Assembly: GCA_903842505.1 (NCBI GenBank)
Contig: CAIMMI010000283.1
Span: 2,568-66,567 of the forward strand
Source: an uncultured Verrucomicrobiota bacterium
Lineage (GTDB): Bacteria; Verrucomicrobiota; Verrucomicrobiia; Limisphaerales; UBA9464
Reading direction: 5' to 3'
DNA length: 64,000 bases
The notes beneath the pieces are model-generated. The model was given only the letters and a program-made list of their open reading frames with translations. It was not told where the DNA came from and ran no database searches. The position numbers and the translations under genes were made by a program. This document shows positions 46,401-52,699 of this stretch, piece by piece. Each line of letters starts with the position of its first letter. Positions within the stretch are counted from its first letter, which is position 1.

Positions 46401-46586
46401 TTCGTGGTCAAGTGGGACGCCGCTGGTTGGGGAACCTATGAGGTCCAGTACAGCGATCGCCTGAACGGGGAGTGGAAGACGCTCCAGAAGGTGACGAATC
46501 CTGACGGAACCCGGAAGCTCCTCTGGGTTCGGGATCCGATTCCCGAATCGGACGGCGCCCGGGCCTACCGGGTTCTGACCAAGTGA
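43440..46586 (+). CDS. large secreted protein (1048 aa), probable beta-helix/adhesin-like, with a TSP3-like repeat and the shared C-terminal domain
   Basis: Signal peptide MKRFPASLFALATASVALLA. Recurrent N(N/R/E)G(T/A/E)(I/L/M) turns (NNGTVTV, NRGTMTL, NEGTILA, NRGALVT, NNGTIEV, NNGEITA) suggest a repetitive beta-solenoid. DSDGDGVVNAYDADP is followed by the C-terminal W..Y.VQYS..L...W...YRV domain. Confidence 0.7.
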   Translation: MKRFPASLFALATASVALLARTDEQYVNNGTVTVPPQIDAKRVINRGTMTLIGSTKPFETSNTEIYQNEGTILANPGIRFHLVDDAGFRRPSTLFSNSAAGVVATTNNFFLSASPTSLGGLGSPSILNIFRSVPDAFLSIDANKIVNRGALVTSSGGEIRLTGSDIDLARSTINVQPLPDGRSTTGRRDGGVTPLPGQLDTYWWYDVTRVDYDQLVTLQTATIPTPAGRVTLTNAAVFSPLFPYVAPGVNPAELPLPERLIRMQGLLGSTVHPFVWITTNDAAATSITNSTNQVITVLLVRSSDPNVLVEAKAQRGRDPNQPLPTVRLRLTSVGTNLITGKSDAVAFTLQNTFGSDYQNLLLSNRVSGNTYQPTNFLMFKQTFADVVNPFGGLASVDTNLYAKALAALKADLELRDISFAGQTSNAAFRQDLFTTWNGVGATNLAYTNLVATNSYAAYGATFTYQGSTIPRPADVEAAAPTNLSGRVIIDANKLDLSRTRIRAQGPVIIRANDLKTSTGSAIDAPFMNVELGSSTGDLKIQNLFQGSIDRFAGRLQVFSSSWSNNPPDQTVTITNAPTNPGDPATTTDVTVALNAVFHVMIVDADFSASVQTPFVDLKLNSTNVTITDGIRVDRFAAVQTENLTIDGSLLLKGTNGGSATFNWDRTSFPTLKRLTNNGTIEVAQVGEFGTAQNPYDVLVNNGEITAAGVVMAANDLIASEGSQITSQGGLLDITAKRLTVRGGLSAPNSMTLRAEDAVFGGGSRFVADYVDVSAGRRLFVEDTGASLVTGYGVSVASLPAGSDVQGLTISTKVEAYQEAIHVWPGADVGPTAAGFDRESIASLELDGGTLSQLTFRGTGAQNALYVSFLTLSTNLATTNTVGGKLALLDPSIFNVEPGFTVYFAGANVPPAQFEALTGGKFKYVSFAGAGSPLVTATVNGKPTQVSRGLRTSVRIDSDGDGVVNAYDADPFEGVVTSPNVAQDTDRGFVVKWDAAGWGTYEVQYSDRLNGEWKTLQKVTNPDGTRKLLWVRDPIPESDGARAYRVLTK

Positions 46587-46630
46587 ATCAACGAACGGCC
46601 GCCCCACGGGGCGGCTGTTCCCTTTCTGAC

Positions 46631-47248
46631 ATGGTCCGTTGGGGAATCACCGGTGGCATTGGCGCCGGGAAATCCGTCGCTGGAGGTATCCTGGCCGCGC
46701 GTGGTATTCCGGTGCTCGATACCGACGATGTCGCGCGGGAGGTGGTTCAACCGGGCACGGAGGGTCTTGCGGAGGTTGTGCAACGGTTTGGGCACGGAGT
46801 GCTGCGGGAGGATGGGAGCCTCGACCGTGCAGCGCTGGCGGCCGTCGTCTTCCACTCGGACGAGCGCCGAAGGGAACTGGAATCCATTCTCCACCCCCGG
46901 ATCCATGCCACCTGGTCCGCTTGGTTGGAGCGTCAGCAGGCGATGGGAACCCCTTTGGCTGCGGTGGTGATCCCTCTGCTCTTCGAGAAGGGGTATGCGG
47001 GCGACTTCCACGACGTGATCGCCGTGGGATGTACGGACCTCACCCAGCGCATCCGGTTGTTGGCACGCGGCTGGGACGATTCACAGAGGGATGCCCGGGT
47101 CGGGTCGCAATGGCCTACGGCGTGCAAGATGGCGGCCGCGGATCGGGTCATCTGGAACGAGGGCACTGCCGACGTCCACGCGAGGCAATGGGACCGATTA
47201 CTTGCTGCCCGGCTTGGTGGCGGGGGTGGCTGCCAGATCGGCCGGTAG
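46631..47248 (+). CDS. coaE: dephospho-CoA kinase
   Basis: WGITGGIGAGKS is a P-loop, followed by VLDTDDVAREVV. The start is at ATG 46631. The 3' end overlaps pyrE convergently by 51 bp. Confidence 0.88.
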   Translation: MVRWGITGGIGAGKSVAGGILAARGIPVLDTDDVAREVVQPGTEGLAEVVQRFGHGVLREDGSLDRAALAAVVFHSDERRRELESILHPRIHATWSAWLERQQAMGTPLAAVVIPLLFEKGYAGDFHDVIAVGCTDLTQRIRLLARGWDDSQRDARVGSQWPTACKMAAADRVIWNEGTADVHARQWDRLLAARLGGGGGCQIGR

Positions 47249-47764
47249 TTGGTCCGGGGCGAAGGTTTCGACGTTGAGCCGGATCAGGCTCACGGTCTGG
47301 ACGCCGAGGTCGAGGGTGCCATCCGAACGGTCCACCAGCATGGCAACGGCCACGGTGGAACCCTGAAGTTGCCGGACAATCTCGAGGGTCTCCTGGACGC
47401 GTCCGCCCTTGGTGACGACGTCCTCGACGATCAGCAGGCGTTCACCTGGAGCGATCTTGAATCCACGCCGGAGGACCAATTTTCCCTCCTCCTTCTCCGC
47501 GAAGATGAACCGGCATCCGAGTTGTCGGGCGACTTCCTGTCCGATCACCAAGCCACCCATCGCGGGCGAGATCACCGTCTGGACCTGAAGACCCGCGACC
47601 CGCTGGGCAATCGCCGCCCCGAACTTTTCAACGATCGGCATCTGCTGAAGGGCCAAGGCGCATTGGAAGAACTGGCGGGAGTGCAGTCCGCTGCGAAGGA
47701 CAAAATGCCCTTCGAGGAGTGCACCGGTCTGACGGAAGAGATCCAAGGCTTCAGCGTTTGTCAT
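47198..47764 (-). CDS. pyrE: orotate phosphoribosyltransferase
   Basis: GHFVLRSGLHSRQFFQ plus the PRPP-binding loop LLIVEDVVTKGG. Confidence 0.92.
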   Translation of the reverse strand: MTNAEALDLFRQTGALLEGHFVLRSGLHSRQFFQCALALQQMPIVEKFGAAIAQRVAGLQVQTVISPAMGGLVIGQEVARQLGCRFIFAEKEEGKLVLRRGFKIAPGERLLIVEDVVTKGGRVQETLEIVRQLQGSTVAVAMLVDRSDGTLDLGVQTVSLIRLNVETFAPDQLPADLAATPATKPGSK

Positions 47765-47799
47765 GCGGCGAGACTGAAGCGCGAAACCTGACGGGAGTC

Positions 47800-49287
47800 A
47801 TGCCCGGATTTCAGTCCGAAGCTTTGCGAATGCCGGATCCTGTGCTTTTGTTGCAACGCATGAGCGAGTCCACCGACACGCACCAGAAGGCGCTGCAGAT
47901 CAATCTGGATCCCAATAAGTACGGCGTATTCGCCGAGATCGGGGCCGGGCAAGAGGTCGCCCGGTGGTTCTTCCGGGCAGGAGGAGCCAGCGGAACCATC
48001 GCGAAGTCGATCTCCGCCTACGACATGATCGTCAGCGATGCGATCTACGGCACCACGGATCGGTACGTGAGCCAGCGTCGCCTGGGGGCGATGTTGGACC
48101 ACGAGTATGGGTTGCTGGTGGAGCGTCTGGCCGAGAAGCGGGGCGCCACCACCCGATTCTTTGCCTTCGCGGACACGGTCGCGGCACGCAGTTACAGTCG
48201 TCGGGAGGAAACGCACGGATGGATGGGCATCCGCTTCCAGACGCACCCGGGCGCGGCGCCGAGCGAGATCCTGATGCACGTGATCATGTGGGATCGGGAC
48301 AACCTGCAGCAGCAGGAAGCCCTTGGCATCCTGGGCGTCAATCTGGTCCATGGCGCCCTCTATCATTTCGACAGTGCGGAGCGGGTGGTCAGCGACCTTC
48401 TCGACAACCTGACGATCGAGCGGATCGAGGTCGACATGATCGAGTTCCGGGGTCCGGCTTTCGAGAAGGTGGACAACCGGTTGCTTGCGCTCCAGTTGGT
48501 GGAGAAGGGTCTAACCAACGCCGCGATGTTCCTTCCGGACGGTCGGATCGTCCAACCGGGCGACTCCCTCTATAAGAAGTGCGTTCTGGTGGAACGTGGG
48601 TCCTTCCGGCCGGTGACCAATGTGACCGTCGACATGCTCCGGCATGCGCAGGCGCAGTTCATCCAGGAGCCCAATGTCAAACCCGAGGACGTGGTCATCC
48701 TCATGGAGATGACGCTCAAGAACCTGAGCTCGGAAGGGAAGATCGACCATCAGGACTTTCTCGACCGGGTGGATCTCCTCCGCACCCTGGGGCATCCGGT
48801 GCTGATCTCGAACTACGGTGAGTTCCACCGCCTTTCGTCGTATTTATTCCGGTTCACGAAGTGTCCGATTGGGTTGGTGATGGGGTTGCCGACGCTTCGG
48901 GAACTCTTCGAGGAAAAGTATTATACCGACTTGTCAGGAGGGATTCTGGAGAGCTTCGGCCGCATGTTCAAAAACGAGCTCAAGCTCTACGTGTTCCCCT
49001 ATAGGGATCCCAAGTCCAGAGCCGTGATCACCGCGGGCAACCTCCGTGTGGCACCGCATCTCCGGCACCTATACATGTACCTCGTCGAAAATCATTTCAT
49101 CCAGGGCATGAGGGATGTCAGCGAGGCGTCGATGGATGTGTTCAGCCGGGATGTGCTCAAGACGTTGCAAGGGGGTGAACCGGGATGGGAGGACAAGGTT
49201 CCGGTCCAGGTGGCGCAATTGATCAAGGAGCGTCGGTTGCTGGGCTATCGGGCGACGCCCCCCGAACCGGTTTCTCCGGCGGTCTGA
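47800..49287 (+). CDS. conserved protein of unknown function (~495 aa)
   Basis: Long high-GC3 ORF with a distinctive N-terminal block, INLDPNKYGVFAEIGAGQEVARWFFRAGGASGTIAKSISAYDMIVSDAIYG. I recall this block from uncharacterised proteins in several phyla but cannot name it. Possible starts are at 47800, 47830 or 47860. Confidence 0.7.
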   Translation: MPGFQSEALRMPDPVLLLQRMSESTDTHQKALQINLDPNKYGVFAEIGAGQEVARWFFRAGGASGTIAKSISAYDMIVSDAIYGTTDRYVSQRRLGAMLDHEYGLLVERLAEKRGATTRFFAFADTVAARSYSRREETHGWMGIRFQTHPGAAPSEILMHVIMWDRDNLQQQEALGILGVNLVHGALYHFDSAERVVSDLLDNLTIERIEVDMIEFRGPAFEKVDNRLLALQLVEKGLTNAAMFLPDGRIVQPGDSLYKKCVLVERGSFRPVTNVTVDMLRHAQAQFIQEPNVKPEDVVILMEMTLKNLSSEGKIDHQDFLDRVDLLRTLGHPVLISNYGEFHRLSSYLFRFTKCPIGLVMGLPTLRELFEEKYYTDLSGGILESFGRMFKNELKLYVFPYRDPKSRAVITAGNLRVAPHLRHLYMYLVENHFIQGMRDVSEASMDVFSRDVLKTLQGGEPGWEDKVPVQVAQLIKERRLLGYRATPPEPVSPAV

Positions 49288-50074
49288 AGGATTCCCACGC
49301 AAGCTTGGCCGCCAAGGCGAGGACCACGGTCAGGAACACCGGGCGGATCAGGCGTGGTCCCAGTCGGATCGCGATCCGGGAGCCGGTATAGGCCCCGATG
49401 AGTTGGCCTGCCGCCATGAGCAGGCCGATCCGGAAGTCGACCTTGCCCGCGAGCAGGAACAACCCGAGCGAGCCGACGTTGCTGCTGAGATTCATCATCT
49501 TGGTGACGCCGGTTGCGGCCGTCAGGTGGAGGCCCTGGATGAGGACGCAGGCCATCATCCAGAAGGATCCAGTGCCCGGGCCGAGGAATCCGTCATAGAA
49601 TCCCAAGGCGCTGCCCAGGATCAGGCTGAAGGGGAGCCGCTTCATTCGGGCGGGACGCGTGCCGGCGCCCAGATCCGGTTTGAAGGCGGTGTAGGCGGCG
49701 AGGAGGACGAGCACGACCGGGATGAGTTTCCGGAGGTGGGAAGGTTCGGCTGCGGTTGCGGTCAAGGCACCGGCAATCGATGCGGCGGCGGTCATCGCGA
49801 TTCCGGGGATCCAGTCCTTCCAGTCGATGAGCCCGGCGCGGGCGTAGTTGAAGGTTGCCAGCGCCGTTCCACACGAGGACTGCAGCTTGTTGGTGCCCAG
49901 AGCCAGTTGGGGTGGCAAGCCTGCCGCCAGAAGAGCTGGCACCGTCAGCAACCCGCCGCCGCCAGCAATGGCATCCACAAACCCGGCAGCGCCTCCGATG
50001 AGGAAGAGCGCGAAGTATTGCCACGTGAATCCGTCCACCGGGACAGGGTGAGGCCGGGGCTTCTGGGATGCCAT
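49223..50074 (-). CDS. TSUP (TauE/SafE) family sulfite/organosulfonate exporter-like membrane protein
   Basis: FLIGGAAGFVDAIAGGGGLLTVPALL...LGTNKL, with a second-half repeat GFYDGFLGPGTGSF. The start is at ATG 50074. Confidence 0.8.
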   Translation of the reverse strand: MASQKPRPHPVPVDGFTWQYFALFLIGGAAGFVDAIAGGGGLLTVPALLAAGLPPQLALGTNKLQSSCGTALATFNYARAGLIDWKDWIPGIAMTAAASIAGALTATAAEPSHLRKLIPVVLVLLAAYTAFKPDLGAGTRPARMKRLPFSLILGSALGFYDGFLGPGTGSFWMMACVLIQGLHLTAATGVTKMMNLSSNVGSLGLFLLAGKVDFRIGLLMAAGQLIGAYTGSRIAIRLGPRLIRPVFLTVVLALAAKLAWESFRPPEKPVRGASPDSPATDAP

Positions 50075-50210
50075 GGAGAAGCTTGGGACTCCCGATTTGA
50101 GGACCGGGTAGATCCGGACCGCGGGGAACTTCACCCGGGCGCCAGACTGGAACCGGCGGATATGGACGGGATCGGTGGCGAGGATTCCGTCCAGTACCGG
50201 CGTCGCTTCC

Positions 50211-51143
50211 TCAGCTCAGGGCGAGCCAGCAGACGCCGCCGACGCCGATGAACCCGCCAAGGACGGAAGCGGGGGTGGGGCGCTCGCGGTTGAGGAGCCA
50301 GGACAGCGGGATGACGGCGAGGGGGGTGAGGGCGGTGATCGCCATGACGATGCCGGTGGGGCGCTCGGCGAGGGCCCATTGGTAGCAGGCGACGCCGAGC
50401 GAAGGGCCGCTGAGGGCGTTGGCGAGGATCCAGGGCCAGGCGGCGCGCCAGTCGGGCTTCGGCTGGATGGAGTCCGGTCGGCGGATGCGTTGCTGCCAAA
50501 GCCACCAGAGGGCGATGAAGAGGACGCCGGCCCAGATGCGTTGGTAGGCGATGCTGAGGCCATCGATGGGTTGTCCGGCGTCCCGCGCGAGGTGGGTGCC
50601 GTGGCGGCTCAGGACGGCACCCCAGGCCTGACCGGCAGCGGCCAGGACGCCTAGGGCCAGGGCGGCGGCGCCGGGGCCATGGGATTGGCCCGGTTGGGGA
50701 GCGGCCGTGTCGGTGGTGGCCTCTGAGGGTTGCGGGCGTGGGGTGGGTTTGAGGGCGATGGCAACGCCGGTGAGGATGAGGGTAATGGCGGCGAGTTGGG
50801 TGCCGGAAAGCCGGGTGCCGAGCCACAGCCACTCGGTGACGAGCCCGATGGGGACGGACAGGCATTGCACCATCAGGCTGGTGAGTTGGGCGCCGAGCCG
50901 TGGAAGGGCAATGAAGATGGCTGTGTCGCAGATGCCGAATCCGATGAAGCCACTGGCCAGGAACCAGCCGAGGGCGGGGCCGCTGAATCCGGCGCCCCAT
51001 CCGTGGGCGTAGAGGCCGAGCAGGAGCGTGGCGATGAGGATCCGGACGAGGCTGGCGTTGTTGGAGCCGAGGTGGTGGATCGATTGGCGCGCGGCGACCG
51101 AGGAGGTTGCAAACAACCCCATCGCGAGGAAGGCAGGGAGCAT
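50211..51143 (-). CDS. DMT-superfamily (EamA-like) transporter
   Basis: 310 aa with about 10 TM helices in a two-repeat architecture. It starts 6 nt after the rpe stop. Confidence 0.75.
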   Translation of the reverse strand: MLPAFLAMGLFATSSVAARQSIHHLGSNNASLVRILIATLLLGLYAHGWGAGFSGPALGWFLASGFIGFGICDTAIFIALPRLGAQLTSLMVQCLSVPIGLVTEWLWLGTRLSGTQLAAITLILTGVAIALKPTPRPQPSEATTDTAAPQPGQSHGPGAAALALGVLAAAGQAWGAVLSRHGTHLARDAGQPIDGLSIAYQRIWAGVLFIALWWLWQQRIRRPDSIQPKPDWRAAWPWILANALSGPSLGVACYQWALAERPTGIVMAITALTPLAVIPLSWLLNRERPTPASVLGGFIGVGGVCWLALS

Positions 51144-51149
51144 CTCGCG

Positions 51150-51827
51150 CTAGAGGAGTTTCGGGTCGCGGCTGGCCTCGGTGGCAATCCGGCGCATGCG
51201 TTTGACGGCGTTGCCCAGGTTGCGGTGCTTGAAGAGCGACGTGCCGGCGACAAAGGTGTCGGCCCCGGCGCGGGCGCATTCGGCCGCGATGGTGTCGTTG
51301 ATGCCACCGTCGACCTCGATGCGGAACTGGAGTCCCATCTGCTGCCGCCACGCGGCGACCTGCTGGATCTTGGGGACGCACTCCTCGATGAAGGGTTGGC
51401 CTCCGAAACCCGGGTTCACCGTCATGATGAGGATCAGGTCGACCTGGGACAGGTAGGGCTTGAGCTCGGAGACGCGGGTGGGTGGGTTGACGGCGAGCCC
51501 GACCTTCTTGCCGAGCGACCGGATCTTCCAGAGGAGCGGAGTGACCTGGGCACCGAGTTCGACGTGGATGGTGATGCTGTCTGAACCGGCGGCGGCAAAG
51601 GGTTCGAGGAGGATCTCGGGCTTCGAGCACATGAGGTGCACGTCAAGGGTCCGTTCGAAGTGGGGGCGGACGGCCTTCACGACCTGGGGACCGAAGGAGA
51701 TGTTCGGCACGAAGTGACCGTCCATGATGTCGAGGTGGAGCCACTCGGCGCCGGAACGGTGGGCCCGGGCGGCTTCATGGCCGAAGCGGGCGAAGTCGGA
51801 GGCGAGGAGTGAAGGCGCGATGATCAC
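51150..51827 (-). CDS. rpe: ribulose-phosphate 3-epimerase
   Basis: IIAPSLLASDF, HLDIMDGHFVPN, MTVNPGFGGQ and VDGGIN are Rpe motifs. Confidence 0.93.
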   Translation of the reverse strand: MIIAPSLLASDFARFGHEAARAHRSGAEWLHLDIMDGHFVPNISFGPQVVKAVRPHFERTLDVHLMCSKPEILLEPFAAAGSDSITIHVELGAQVTPLLWKIRSLGKKVGLAVNPPTRVSELKPYLSQVDLILIMTVNPGFGGQPFIEECVPKIQQVAAWRQQMGLQFRIEVDGGINDTIAAECARAGADTFVAGTSLFKHRNLGNAVKRMRRIATEASRDPKLL

Positions 51828-51929
51828 GGCGGGGGCACCCTATTCCGTGACCGGCCGGGCTCCAGCCGGAAAATTGTGTGGAAGCAGAGACTGTTTTCTT
51901 CCGGCGTCCGGTTGTCGCAGGGTGTGGCC

Positions 51930-52631
51930 ATGTTGACTGGAACACGGGTTCAGGCGCAGGAGGCGGGGAGCAGGCCATTGCTGGTGGTCCTGCATGGGCT
52001 GGGAGACTCATCTGAAGGATGGGAATGGCTTCCGCAGGAGTTGCAGTTGCCGTGGATGAACTACCTGCTGGTCAATGCACCGGACGAATACTTCAGCGGG
52101 CGGAGTTGGTTTGGGATCCGATTCCCGAAGGATGGGCGCGTCGATGGGACGCTGCCGCCGGTGGATGGTGGGGCGATTGAACGGTCGCGGAGGCTGCTGT
52201 GGGAGTTGATCGATGCCGAGCGGGCGAACGGGTTGAAGTCGGAAGAAATCGCCGTGCTGGGATTCTCGCAGGGTTGTCTGATGACTCTGGAAGCTGGGCT
52301 TCGGTATCGGGATCCGCTCGCCGGCTTGGTTGGGATCAGCGGTTGGGTGCATGAGCCAGAGCAGTTGATTGCGGAGGCGCCGGGCCATGCGCGATCGGTT
52401 CCGGTATTGATGACGCACGGGACTGTCGATCCGCTGTTGGGGATCGAGCACGTGAGGCCGCAGGCGAAGCGTGTGAAGGATGCCGGGTTCGACCTGTCTT
52501 GGCAGGAGTTCGACAAGGAACACACGGTGGCCGGTCGCGCCGAGGTCCAGTTCATCGCGCGATTCCTGGAACAGAGTTTCGGCAGGCCGGTGGCGCGTCG
52601 CCGGGGTTCCGCAGGGACTGCGGCCGAGTAA
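51930..52631 (+). CDS. alpha/beta hydrolase (phospholipase/carboxylesterase family)
   Basis: LLVVLHGLGDS and the nucleophile elbow GFSQGC, with HGTVDPL near the C-terminus. The start is at ATG 51930. Confidence 0.8.
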   Translation: MLTGTRVQAQEAGSRPLLVVLHGLGDSSEGWEWLPQELQLPWMNYLLVNAPDEYFSGRSWFGIRFPKDGRVDGTLPPVDGGAIERSRRLLWELIDAERANGLKSEEIAVLGFSQGCLMTLEAGLRYRDPLAGLVGISGWVHEPEQLIAEAPGHARSVPVLMTHGTVDPLLGIEHVRPQAKRVKDAGFDLSWQEFDKEHTVAGRAEVQFIARFLEQSFGRPVARRRGSAGTAAE

Positions 52632-52699
52632 AAACCAGTTTTGACACACCGGAAGCCGGCCGTTGGATCGGTCGGATTCCAATGCAGGATGGATCGTCC

